Below are positions 18,431-27,944 of a DNA stretch of 64,000 bases, one piece after another. The position numbers were made by a program, and so were the translations under genes. The stretch's first letter is position 1. Each line of letters begins with the position of its first letter. The notes under the pieces were generated by a model. That model made no database searches, was not told where the DNA came from, and saw nothing but the letters and a program-made list of their open reading frames with translations. This stretch comes from a virus, in the IMG/VR virus record IMGVR_UViG_3300046817_000745, positions 1 through 64,000 of that record. One strand, written 5' to 3'.

Positions 18431-19794
18431 CGTTCGCGCGCAAGACCGAGGTGCCGCTGGTCGCGCTCAAGCAGCGCACGGCCAGCGGCATGCGTGCTCT
18501 GGCAGGCAAGATCGATGAGGAGCTGCCCGGGATGGTCGCGCCGCAGCACCTGCGCGACGCGGCCCGTGCGCTGGAATCCGGCAACCATGTCGGTGCAAAA
18601 CGCCATTTGCAGGCTGCAATGCACACCATGACACCGCTGTCCCTCACCCGGCACGGCGTGCTGGACGATCACGGCCACTCCCTGGCCAAGGTCAACATGG
18701 ACCTGATCAATCGGCACCACATGCTGGTCAGTGACCTGGAGGACGGCGAGAACCACAACCAGGGCGTCCGCGCCACTCCGGCAACCTTCACCCAGCCGAG
18801 CACCCTGCCGCTCGGCGGTTCGATGAACTCGCAGCAGGTCCGCGGTGCTGCGAGTGACGGCGGGCCCGGCGCACCCAAGACGGTGCGGACCGCGATGGTG
18901 CCTGCTCCGCGGCAGAATACCGGCACTGACCGGGCGGTGGCCGGCGGCCCGAAGGCTCCGAGCCGGAAGGAGAACCAGCTTCCCGCACGTCCGACGCCGC
19001 AGGCGGTGTTGTCCTGGGCAGATCTCTACGATCTCATCGAACTATCCACGCAGACGGGCCGACTGGCAGCCACACCCGCCCCTCGCGGTCGCCCGGGCGG
19101 ACCGGGGCTGTACGACGTCAAGGGCATGGGCCACACCGCCTATCTCCAGCAGATCGTGAAGGCGCTGATCCGTAAGCGGGGAATGCCGCCGGACAAGGCA
19201 TACGCGATTGCCCGGGGAGCGATTCGCCGCTGGGCGTCTGGCGGTGGCAAGGTGCATCCCGAAGTCCGGGCGGCTGCAACGGCTGCGGAGAGTGGAGAGC
19301 TCGCCCGCCAGAGGCAGGCAAAATCCGACCATGAACACACCGCTGACTCGTGGGCAGGTGTGTTCGACCTGGTCGGCACTGCGGCGGGTGCTGCTCTCGA
19401 CCCCCGGACGGTCACAGGCCAGTTCGGGGCCGGAGGCCAGCAACCACCGCCCGCTGCGGCGCCCGCGGCATCTCCGGCTGAGAAGAAACGTCAACTGCTG
19501 GCCCAGGCGGCTGCGGACCGGCAGAAGGCAAGAGACCTGGCCAAGCAGCTGGCCGTGTTAGTGGCCGCAAGCAAGGCGACGACCAAGACGACTGCGCAAG
19601 CCACCAAGGCGGGGGCAACAGGGAAGACAGCCAGCTCAACCCCGGCAAAGAAGGCTGCCACGGCTCCGGCAGCACAGACTGCCGGAGCAGCCAGGAAACC
19701 GACGAAGAAGCAACAGGTTGCTGCACTCAAAACGCAGATAGCCGCACTGCTCGCCAAAGCTGCACAAGAGACGGCACAGGCGGCGAAGCTGTGA
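18427..19794 (+). CDS. Multi-module head-region protein
   Basis: GGAGAGG RBS, ATGA overlap; modules separated by SWA..x(D/E)L linkers; Ala/Lys-rich tail. Confidence 0.75.
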   Translation: MTFARKTEVPLVALKQRTASGMRALAGKIDEELPGMVAPQHLRDAARALESGNHVGAKRHLQAAMHTMTPLSLTRHGVLDDHGHSLAKVNMDLINRHHMLVSDLEDGENHNQGVRATPATFTQPSTLPLGGSMNSQQVRGAASDGGPGAPKTVRTAMVPAPRQNTGTDRAVAGGPKAPSRKENQLPARPTPQAVLSWADLYDLIELSTQTGRLAATPAPRGRPGGPGLYDVKGMGHTAYLQQIVKALIRKRGMPPDKAYAIARGAIRRWASGGGKVHPEVRAAATAAESGELARQRQAKSDHEHTADSWAGVFDLVGTAAGAALDPRTVTGQFGAGGQQPPPAAAPAASPAEKKRQLLAQAAADRQKARDLAKQLAVLVAASKATTKTTAQATKAGATGKTASSTPAKKAATAPAAQTAGAARKPTKKQQVAALKTQIAALLAKAAQETAQAAKL

Positions 19795-22700
19795 CACGGC
19801 CGACTGAGACAGGAATCAGCAGCCAGGCGGCCGATCTGCTACCCGGTCCGGACGATCGAACTGCAGTGGCCATGTTCACAGCACACCGGATCGACGACAT
19901 GCTCACAGCCCTGGCGCACGCCGATGAGCGGATGCAGGCCATGCGCACGTCCGACGGCGAACTACGGCACTACCACAGCCTGCACTTCGACGAGCACATC
20001 GCGAACGTCATGCAGGACGCAGGCCAGCTCAAGGACAACATGCTGGAGCACTACCCCGCCGAAGCCGCCGAGTGGCGGGCGCTGGTGCAGGTGATGGATC
20101 TGGTGTCGGGGTACAGCCTTAATCCGCGATCCGGCATGATCTCCCTTGACCTGCCGCCCGGTGCGCTGGCTCCGGTATCGGGTGGCGTGGACGACCACCA
20201 CATCACGGTGGTCTACCTCGGGCCCGACGTGGATGACGAGGCGTTCGCGGAGGCGTGCCGCCGGGCACAGGAAGCGGCATCGGCGATGCCGGGGCCATTG
20301 ACGGGCACAGTCGGCGGAATCGGCTCGTTCAAGCCGTCGGACGGCAGCGATGGGAAGACACCCGCATGGGCCGGTGTCGTGCTGCCCGGTGCCGACCGGA
20401 TCCAGGACGCACTGAAAGATCTATCGGCCAGCCAGCACAAGGACTGGAAGCCACACGTCACCGTGGCGTACGTGGGTCCTGGCGAGTCACTTCCCGACCC
20501 GGTCCCGCAGACTCCCGTGACGTTCACACACCTGTCGGTGCACCGCGGCCGGGATGAAGTGGTCCGCTACCCGCTCGGCGGCGGCCCGGTGGACATGGCG
20601 AAGTCGGTGAGCTCGACAGCCAAGGCCGCATCGTTCGCGCACCTCCTGCAGTCGATCGCGTATGACGCATCACACACCCAGCGGCACTCGAAGGCGATGC
20701 TCGCCGACACAGACGAGACGTGCTGGCAATTCGACGCAGACCACGCCGAGAAGCACATGCACGGCACCGCCGGGCACGTCCACAAACTCGCCGAGCTGAT
20801 CCACGACAACTACCCCGCCGAAGAGAAGTGGCTGGGGAAACTGACGGCGAAGGAAGATCTGTCCACCGTCTCCGACGGGGCGCTGGAGCTCGGCATTGCA
20901 GGACAGCTCGGACACGCCGGCACCTCGATCGGCGGACAGGTGCTGCTCGCCGGCTGGGAGCAGCAGACTCGCGACGCGCAGGGGCGGTGGGTGAAAGGTC
21001 TGCGTTTCTCGGTCAAGCCCTACGGCGTGGTCGAGGACAGGTTCGCAGGCGGGAATGAGAAGGGCGAGATTTGGAACAAGGTCCCGACAGCGCACCGGAT
21101 TACGGCGCACCACGGCAAGACCGAGGTCGGGCACCTGGACTGGAACGTCCACCACGGCGGCGTCGACATGGTGCACACCGAGGAGAAATTCCGCGGCCGC
21201 GGCGTGGCCATGAACCTGTTCGACCGGGCTCGGGAGTACGCCGCTGAAAACGGCCTGATACTGCCGAACACCGAGCACGCGATTCCGATCTCGCCCTCGG
21301 GGCTCGGCTTCCACGAGGCACTGTCACAGCGCAACCGTCCCGGCTCCGAGGTGACCGGTCAGGTGCCTCTGATCCCCCGAAAGGGCGCCAACCGAACCAC
21401 CGCGCTGTCACTCGAGCTGGGCAGCTGGCACGATGCCTGGGTCCACGAGATGCGCGGCGCGCACGGCGAGTGGATCCGCGGCGCGGAAGGACAGGGCCCT
21501 GCCCCGAGCGACCGCACCCCCTACCGGGTTCCGCCGCACAGCCGACTGGTCAACCTGCGCTCGCCGTACCCCGACCCGGCCGACCATCCGTTCTTCAAGG
21601 CACACCCGATGAGCAGCGCCAACATCGTGCACGCCTACTCGGTGGCCACTGAGCAGCAGAAGGCGCAGGGCATGCGCTGGTATGCCGACGCCGGTCTGCT
21701 CGGCGCCGCAATCGCGCACGGCGATCACCATCTCGGGGCCGGGCTGCTCTCGGCCTACTCACCGCAGACGTCGTGGCCGATCAACATGTTCAACGCCGCG
21801 CGCTCGGTCGAGATGGGACGTCCGATCGGCCCGCACGAGGGCACGACCGTGATGACCAGTCACGCCAACGCCGCACGCAAGATCATGGATGGCGCCAGCT
21901 TTGATGAGGCACTGCCCGGCCCGAAGACCAACGCATTCGCCCGGCTGATCGAGACCGAGGGGAAAGACAAGCCGGATGATCCGTTCGGGGAGGTTGTGGT
22001 CGACAGACATGCTGTGTCCGTGGCGGCCGGAGAACGGCTCAGTGACAAGGAACCGGTTCCGATCGGTGATGACAGGTACTACCAGGTGGTCGCCGACGAA
22101 TATCGCAAGGCAGCGATCGATGCCAGCCGGCGGGAGGGCTACACGATCTCGCCCAGCCAGATGCAGGCGATCACTTGGCTGGTGCAGCAGTCGGCGAATG
22201 AGGCACAGGACGCTCATACGCCGTCAAAGGGTTCAGCGGCGTCGATGGCGAAAGGCCGGGTCACGCGAACTGCCAACGCCTGGAAGAACTGGCTCGCTTA
22301 CGCCCGGCTGCAGAACGTCGCTACCGCATCCGGCACTACAGCCCTTGCGACAGAGCTAGAGCTGCACAACGCCTGGATGACCGAGCTGCGGGATGAGCGC
22401 GGTCGATTCGCGACGTCGGGCGGTGTGATGTCCGAGCACGTCAACCCGGAAGGGTTCTCGCTGCACCAGCGCACGGGACAACCGCCGCGCGGCGGATTCA
22501 TGGTCTCCCTGCCGGGACACACGCACCAATACCCGGACTCGATCATGAAAGACAAGCACAAGCTCGCCGAGGCGCTCGACAAGATGCTGATGGACGAACG
22601 TGAGACCTTCAGCAAACCTGATGTCTACTTGGGTGGGTGGGTCAGCGACGGTATGCTGTGGTTGGACCCGTCGGAGAACGTCGCCGACCGTGATGAGGCG

Positions 22701-22928
22701 GTCAAGACGGGGCAGAGCCGGGATCAGGTCGCAATCTGGGACGTCGTAGGGGGTCGGGAAATTGACACCGGAGGAACAGGCGGGGCCACCACCGAGCACG
22801 CCACCCCGGGCATTTCTGGCAGTCCCCCCGGGCTACGCGGACTTACCCGAAGCCGAGCGCAAGGCCGAAGCCCTGAAGCTGGCGCAGGCATTGCAGGACA
22901 GGCAATTAGGGTCGATCTCGGGCGATAA
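19791..22928 (+). CDS. Polyvalent head-operon protein: His-rich repeats, 2H phosphoesterase, GNAT-like, glycosylase-like (DUF7178-like) and SAM-lyase-like domains
   Basis: HIT (20199) and HVT (20454) motifs; FRGRGVA; WY..SPQTSW..N..GPKT.AF..VDRHA..QAITW; YLGGW..LWLD.S..DRDEA..DQVAIWD. Confidence 0.8.
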   Translation: MTRPTETGISSQAADLLPGPDDRTAVAMFTAHRIDDMLTALAHADERMQAMRTSDGELRHYHSLHFDEHIANVMQDAGQLKDNMLEHYPAEAAEWRALVQVMDLVSGYSLNPRSGMISLDLPPGALAPVSGGVDDHHITVVYLGPDVDDEAFAEACRRAQEAASAMPGPLTGTVGGIGSFKPSDGSDGKTPAWAGVVLPGADRIQDALKDLSASQHKDWKPHVTVAYVGPGESLPDPVPQTPVTFTHLSVHRGRDEVVRYPLGGGPVDMAKSVSSTAKAASFAHLLQSIAYDASHTQRHSKAMLADTDETCWQFDADHAEKHMHGTAGHVHKLAELIHDNYPAEEKWLGKLTAKEDLSTVSDGALELGIAGQLGHAGTSIGGQVLLAGWEQQTRDAQGRWVKGLRFSVKPYGVVEDRFAGGNEKGEIWNKVPTAHRITAHHGKTEVGHLDWNVHHGGVDMVHTEEKFRGRGVAMNLFDRAREYAAENGLILPNTEHAIPISPSGLGFHEALSQRNRPGSEVTGQVPLIPRKGANRTTALSLELGSWHDAWVHEMRGAHGEWIRGAEGQGPAPSDRTPYRVPPHSRLVNLRSPYPDPADHPFFKAHPMSSANIVHAYSVATEQQKAQGMRWYADAGLLGAAIAHGDHHLGAGLLSAYSPQTSWPINMFNAARSVEMGRPIGPHEGTTVMTSHANAARKIMDGASFDEALPGPKTNAFARLIETEGKDKPDDPFGEVVVDRHAVSVAAGERLSDKEPVPIGDDRYYQVVADEYRKAAIDASRREGYTISPSQMQAITWLVQQSANEAQDAHTPSKGSAASMAKGRVTRTANAWKNWLAYARLQNVATASGTTALATELELHNAWMTELRDERGRFATSGGVMSEHVNPEGFSLHQRTGQPPRGGFMVSLPGHTHQYPDSIMKDKHKLAEALDKMLMDERETFSKPDVYLGGWVSDGMLWLDPSENVADRDEAVKTGQSRDQVAIWDVVGGREIDTGGTGGATTEHATPGISGSPPGLRGLTRSRAQGRSPEAGAGIAGQAIRVDLGR

Positions 22929-22953
22929 CACAGGCTCAAGCAGCGCAGATTAA
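22762..22953 (+). CDS. Possible small overlapping protein (different frame) at 3' end of polyvalent gene
   Basis: 63-aa TTG ORF with a protein-like helical segment LPEAERKAEALKLAQAL; weak RBS. Confidence 0.35.
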   Translation: MTPEEQAGPPPSTPPRAFLAVPPGYADLPEAERKAEALKLAQALQDRQLGSISGDNTGSSSAD

Positions 22954-23049
22954 CCCCCGATACGCCGCAGAGATACGTTTCCGTTCGGCAAGCGCTATCA
23001 TGCCCACAGAAACGATCTCTGCGCAGGTGCGCACGGGAGGTTGGGCCAC

Positions 23050-24054
23050 ATGGCGACGTACGCCGGAACGCGGCCGGGTTCAGGCGACAACTTCAAGAAG
23101 TTGTCGGGAACCCTGGCAGCCCGCGGAGCGCACAATCCCGATGCCCTGGCGGCCTGGATCGGCCGGGGCAAGTACGGGCGCAAGGGCATGTCGAAACTGT
23201 CCGCCAAGGGCGGCCACCACGCACACAGCAACCCTCTCGGGCTCGCCTCGGAAGAAGGCGGCGAGCACAGCCACGTCGTGACGCACAGCCACGAGTTCGC
23301 ATCGCTCGCGCACACGCACGAGGACGCCGGGGCCGGATACGAGCCCGGCGGGAGTATGCGCGAGGGCCAGGGTTCGTCCGGCGGTGTGGGTGACTTCGAG
23401 AGCGGCTCGTCCAAGCTGCGCACGCCGCAGGAGGGTGACCAGCGCTCGACCGGCTTCCGCAGTCAGCGTCTCGGCGTCGGCGCGCGCGCCGGGAACTACG
23501 GATCCATGTCCAACACCGGCGGCCGGGCTGTGTCCCTGGCGCAGCGGCTGCCCGTGACCAGCCCGTGGGACGTGGTGATCAGCCGGGGCATCGACGGCAG
23601 CGCGCAGGTGAGGCACCGCCGCGGCGGTACGGGTATCGGATCGATCCGGCGTATAGACGGCGGCGGATGGACTGCCACCCCCGACGGCGGCAGTCCGTTG
23701 CCGGGCCACCCGCACCAGAGGGCCGCGCTCATGGAGCTGCTCGGCACCTGGAACCGCAGTGCGACCACACCCGACCGGGCCGGGGTGCCATACGCCCAGC
23801 CGGCTCAGCAGACTCCCTTGATGGAGAAGTTCGGTGTTCCGGCGATCCGCGCGCTGGCCACTCCGACGGTGTCGGCCGGAGACGGTCCGCGGACCACCAT
23901 GGCTGACGCCAGCTCCGGGTCCGACGACACGGACGGCCTGACGCCGAAGGGCAAGGCGATCTACGCCAAGCTGCGGAGCCGCGGCTTCCCGGCCGAGCGG
24001 GCACTCGCGTTCGCCAAGCGCGCGCAGAACATGGGTCCGAAGGCCGCAGCGTGA
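23050..24054 (+). CDS. Multi-module head-region protein
   Basis: GGGAGG RBS; ALAAWIGRGKYG module, His-rich segment, C-terminal basic helical module. Confidence 0.75.
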   Translation: MATYAGTRPGSGDNFKKLSGTLAARGAHNPDALAAWIGRGKYGRKGMSKLSAKGGHHAHSNPLGLASEEGGEHSHVVTHSHEFASLAHTHEDAGAGYEPGGSMREGQGSSGGVGDFESGSSKLRTPQEGDQRSTGFRSQRLGVGARAGNYGSMSNTGGRAVSLAQRLPVTSPWDVVISRGIDGSAQVRHRRGGTGIGSIRRIDGGGWTATPDGGSPLPGHPHQRAALMELLGTWNRSATTPDRAGVPYAQPAQQTPLMEKFGVPAIRALATPTVSAGDGPRTTMADASSGSDDTDGLTPKGKAIYAKLRSRGFPAERALAFAKRAQNMGPKAAA

Positions 24055-25235
24055 CCACCGCCGTCCTCACCCCATTCACCGGCACACGGGCTGTGGAACT
24101 GGGCAACCGGGTGTGGCGCAAACGTGTCCTGCCCGTCGGCGATGTCGAGTACAAGGGCCGGATGCTGCACTTCACCCGCGAGTACCTGGCCGGGCTGGCG
24201 CAGGCGTTTCACGAGCGTGCCTATGATCAGGTGCCGTTCCAGCTGGCCGGGGATGACAACCGGCACACTAACGACGTCGAGCGGTTCGGCGGCCAGATCA
24301 CCTCTTTCGACCTGGAGAAGGACGGGCTGTATCTCAAGCTCGAGGCCACCGAGCGCGGTGAGAAGGTCTTGAAGGACAATCCGAATCTCGGAGTGTCCGC
24401 CAGGATCGTGGAGGACTACGCGCGCAGCGACGGCAAGTTTTTCACCGCAGCCGTACAGCACGTGCTCGGCACGCTCGATCCGCGCATCCCCGCACTTGGC
24501 GGATGGCAGGCAGTCGAAGCGTCCAACGACGCCGACACAGTCTTGGATCTTTCAACATCGGTATTCGCGGGCGAGGAGAAGCCAGTGCCTGAATTCACCA
24601 CCGAGGAGCGCGGGCGGCTCGCGAAGCTGCTGCAGATCCCCGAGGACAAGATCGATGCCTTGACGAAGCTGGCCGGCACGGACCTCGATCTGCTGGCCGG
24701 CGAGGGCCAGGGTGTGGGCAGCGCGGAGCTGAGTGACGAAGAGCTGGCGCAGCTGATCGCCGACATGCCCGAGGAAGAGCTGGCCGCACTGCAGGCCGAG
24801 TTCGAGAACGAGGTCGCGGCCGCGGCGCCCGGGCTGTCCAATCAGACCGCGATGGCGATCGAGATGGCGAACGTGCGCGCCGACGAGAACGAGCGGCAGC
24901 TCTCGGTCATCACCGCTGAGCTGGACGCCCAGCGTTTCGCCGCGGAGAAGGCCCGGTTCGTGCGCGACTCCGGCGTACCGCCGTTCATCATGGACCTGGC
25001 GCAGCCGCTGCTGGAGGGGACCGGGCACACCGTCGACCTGTCGAATGGCAAGGCGGTCGACGCCGGGCAGATCGTGCGCAAGATCCTCACCGAGTACGCC
25101 AAGGCCGCCCGGATGATGGACCTGTCGATCGAGATGGGTTCGCCGATGGACGAGCCCGACCAGCAGGGCGCCGCCGCGGAAGCGCGCGACGACATCGTGG
25201 GCCGGGCCCGTGAACAGATGTTCGGGATGCGGTAG
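24051..25235 (+). CDS. Prohead protease (Mu gpI-like) fused to scaffold
   Basis: N-terminal His (NRHT) and Ser (GVSA) in herpes/Mu protease-like pattern; acidic helical C-terminal half; precedes capsid genes. Confidence 0.8.
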   Translation: MTTAVLTPFTGTRAVELGNRVWRKRVLPVGDVEYKGRMLHFTREYLAGLAQAFHERAYDQVPFQLAGDDNRHTNDVERFGGQITSFDLEKDGLYLKLEATERGEKVLKDNPNLGVSARIVEDYARSDGKFFTAAVQHVLGTLDPRIPALGGWQAVEASNDADTVLDLSTSVFAGEEKPVPEFTTEERGRLAKLLQIPEDKIDALTKLAGTDLDLLAGEGQGVGSAELSDEELAQLIADMPEEELAALQAEFENEVAAAAPGLSNQTAMAIEMANVRADENERQLSVITAELDAQRFAAEKARFVRDSGVPPFIMDLAQPLLEGTGHTVDLSNGKAVDAGQIVRKILTEYAKAARMMDLSIEMGSPMDEPDQQGAAAEARDDIVGRAREQMFGMR

Positions 25236-25239
25236 TCCG

Positions 25240-25443
25240 ATGCCACGATACGTCGTGACCACGACGACCACAGTCGCCGGCAGCGGGTACAACCAGCCGC
25301 CGCGCACGGTGGTCACGCGCCAGGTGGTCGAGCTGAACGCAGCCGAGGTCACAGCGGTCGGAGCTGGCAACCTGCGCGCGGTGTCCGCGTCGAACACGCA
25401 CGAGACGTCCGGCGAGGCGTTCGCCGTGAGCAACGGATTCTGA
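25240..25443 (+). CDS. Small virion-associated protein ending AVSNGF
   Basis: Between scaffold and decoration gene; TAVGAGNL motif. Confidence 0.7.
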   Translation: MPRYVVTTTTTVAGSGYNQPPRTVVTRQVVELNAAEVTAVGAGNLRAVSASNTHETSGEAFAVSNGF

Positions 25444-25456
25444 GGAGGCAGGGCTG

Positions 25457-25960
25457 ATGTCTGCGGTTCTCCCGCACTACAAGCAAGGGCCGATCAACAA
25501 GCAGGTGTCCGCGCTGGTCATCGGCGGAATGATCGTGGCTCCGACGACCGCCGGCACGAACCCGAGCGCCGATCTTTCCGTGGCCCCGTGTTCGGCCGCC
25601 AACACCCGGTACTACCTGGGCGTGGCCGGCAAGGACGCCAACGTCATCGCGGTGCAGACCGGCGCGGCCAACACGTACGGCCAGCCCGCGATCGACATCA
25701 GCGTGCTGGACGACTACACCGCCGTCTACTACGGCGGTGTGGACATCTGGGTCTGGTATCAGGGCGCGGTGGCGGAGGGTGATCTTCTGATCATCAGCGC
25801 CACCACGGCCGGAACGGTGATCACCAACGGCGCCGGCACCGACCCGACGAAGATCGTGGGCAAGTGCACACACCCCGGCGGAGTCAGCGCCGGCATGCTC
25901 GTCGCCAACACGCTCATCGGCGGCAGCACATACTTCCTGGGCCGAGCCAGGATCTTCTGA
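25457..25960 (+). CDS. Capsid decoration/cement protein
   Basis: Position before capsid gene; LGVA..DA, GDLL, IVG pattern; GAGGAGG RBS. Confidence 0.7.
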   Translation: MSAVLPHYKQGPINKQVSALVIGGMIVAPTTAGTNPSADLSVAPCSAANTRYYLGVAGKDANVIAVQTGAANTYGQPAIDISVLDDYTAVYYGGVDIWVWYQGAVAEGDLLIISATTAGTVITNGAGTDPTKIVGKCTHPGGVSAGMLVANTLIGGSTYFLGRARIF

Positions 25961-25972
25961 GAGGGATGGCCG

Positions 25973-26884
25973 ATGCCGACAGGTGCACGCGGTTATTCGG
26001 ATTCACCCCGGATAACCGTCAATGAGCTGCTGAAGGACCCGCTGGTCATCCCGGCGTTGATCCTGGACATCACGCAGAACGAGTTCATCGTGGACTCGGT
26101 GCTGCGTAACGGCGGAGCGGCGCCGTCCGGCGCGGTCAGGTACTCCGAGTCGACGCCGCTGTACGCGGACGACTACCCCGAGGTGCGAGCCGAGTTCGGC
26201 GAGGTCCCGGTCGTGCCGACCTCGATCGGCATCCCGCGCGTGGTGTTCACCCACGAGCGCGCGATGGCGATCATGGTCTCGGACGAGATGCGCCGACGCC
26301 AGACCATCGACCCGGTGACCCGCCAGCTGCTGCAGGTCAAGAACACGATGGTCTACAGCTGGAACACGGCGTTCTACTCCGCCGTGGTGGCCAACGCCTC
26401 GATCCAGACCCTCGCGGTGTCCAATGCCTGGGCCAGCGCTTCGGCGACGATCCGCGCGGACATCGCGCAGGCGTGCTACCTGGTGGAGAACGCCAACATC
26501 GTCTCTCCGTCCGGCGTGACGCAGTGGCTGGGCTTCGAAGCCGACACGCTGATCATCAACCACGGCACCAAGAACTCGCTGCTGCAGAGCTCGACGTTCG
26601 CCGCGCCGTACATCGGCGACATCGCGTCGGAGAACCTGCTGTACACCGGCGTGTTGCCACAGAAGATCTTCAACCTGGACGTGCTGGTCTCTCGGCAGGT
26701 CCCGGCCGGCAACGCGATCGTCATGCAGCGGCACCGGGCCGGCTTCTACGCCGATGAGCTGCCGTTCCTCGCGGGTCCGCTCTACCGGGACGAGCCGCGC
26801 AAGACCTGGCGCACGGACACCCAACGGGCCAGCGCCATCGGCCTGGACCAGCCTCTGGCCATCACGCTGCTGTCAGGAGTGTGA
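25973..26884 (+). CDS. Major capsid protein (HK97-fold)
   Basis: 303 aa; AEFGEVP, DTLIIN, DQPLAI..L.GV; position. Confidence 0.9.
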   Translation: MPTGARGYSDSPRITVNELLKDPLVIPALILDITQNEFIVDSVLRNGGAAPSGAVRYSESTPLYADDYPEVRAEFGEVPVVPTSIGIPRVVFTHERAMAIMVSDEMRRRQTIDPVTRQLLQVKNTMVYSWNTAFYSAVVANASIQTLAVSNAWASASATIRADIAQACYLVENANIVSPSGVTQWLGFEADTLIINHGTKNSLLQSSTFAAPYIGDIASENLLYTGVLPQKIFNLDVLVSRQVPAGNAIVMQRHRAGFYADELPFLAGPLYRDEPRKTWRTDTQRASAIGLDQPLAITLLSGV

Positions 26885-26885
26885 G

Positions 26886-27281
26886 ATGCCCCGCTACCAG
26901 GCGCTGATGAACCTCTCCCTGCCACGCAAGGGAGACGTCGAGAAGCAGACCGACCTGATCCCGCCTGGCGACACGTTCGAAGCGGACGAAGCCCGGGTGC
27001 AGAACCTGCTGAATCCGAGGTACGGACCGCCGCGGATCCGCAGGATCGAAGAGCAGGGCCAGGATATGCCGCTGATCCTGCCGCGGCACGTCTCCAACCC
27101 GCAGTTCGGGCCACCGGCGGGCACCCGGCCCGATCCCAAGGGGTCCAGCGCCATTCAGGTTCTGTCGAAGATCCCGGAGCTCACCGAGCCGATGCCGGAC
27201 AGCGAGCAGCAGCCGGCGGAAGAGGCGGTTGACCTGCCGCCGCGGCGTGTCCGCGCAGCAGCTCGAACCGCGGCAGGGTAA
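26886..27281 (+). CDS. Hypothetical head-associated protein
   Basis: Directly after capsid gene; PGDTFE small-domain motif. Confidence 0.7.
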   Translation: MPRYQALMNLSLPRKGDVEKQTDLIPPGDTFEADEARVQNLLNPRYGPPRIRRIEEQGQDMPLILPRHVSNPQFGPPAGTRPDPKGSSAIQVLSKIPELTEPMPDSEQQPAEEAVDLPPRRVRAAARTAAG

Positions 27282-27284
27282 GCC

Positions 27285-27944
27285 ATGGCGTCATCGGGGA
27301 TTCCAAGCGAGCCGGTGGCCGCCGTCGTGACGTGTCCGCGGTGTGGGAAGCCCGTGCGACGCAACATGATCAATGTCAACGGCACGCTGTCCCGGTGCGC
27401 CGGCTGTGAGTGGCAGTTCATCCCCGGCCTGGTCACGGTCGGGGCAGCTCCCGGCGTCCCGACCAGCGGCACAGCGACCACGAACCTGGTGACCAACACC
27501 AAGGGCTCGATCGTCATCGTCACCCTGAGCGGGTTCACGCTGACCTTCGTGTACGTCAACGGCATCCAGGTCGGCACGACCAACGCGGCCTATGCGGTAC
27601 CGGCCGGCGGCACGATCTCGGTCACGTACTCTGTGGCCGGTACCTGGACATGGGTGTTGCCGGCCAGCAACGGCGCGGTGACGGCCGGCGCAGTGGCGCT
27701 CCCGATCGCCGCAGGCGGCGCAGCGTTCTCAGCCGGCGAGCAGATCTACTACAGCGATGCAGCGGCGTCGGAGATCGTGGTCGTCGGCCCGGGTTCGATC
27801 GCGACGTCGATCGTGATCGCAGCTCCTGGATTCGCGAACGCCCACGGCAGTGCGAAGACCTTCGGCGACCTGGTGCTCGCACCCGCCTACTCCGGCGTAG
27901 GGGTCGGCGAGGCTGTCCCGTCGGCACCGGGGTGGGGGTTCTGA
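27285..27944 (+). CDS. Virion-associated protein with N-terminal zinc ribbon
   Basis: CPRC...CAGC; beta-rich domain shared with 29421-29843. Confidence 0.7.
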   Translation: MASSGIPSEPVAAVVTCPRCGKPVRRNMINVNGTLSRCAGCEWQFIPGLVTVGAAPGVPTSGTATTNLVTNTKGSIVIVTLSGFTLTFVYVNGIQVGTTNAAYAVPAGGTISVTYSVAGTWTWVLPASNGAVTAGAVALPIAAGGAAFSAGEQIYYSDAAASEIVVVGPGSIATSIVIAAPGFANAHGSAKTFGDLVLAPAYSGVGVGEAVPSAPGWGF

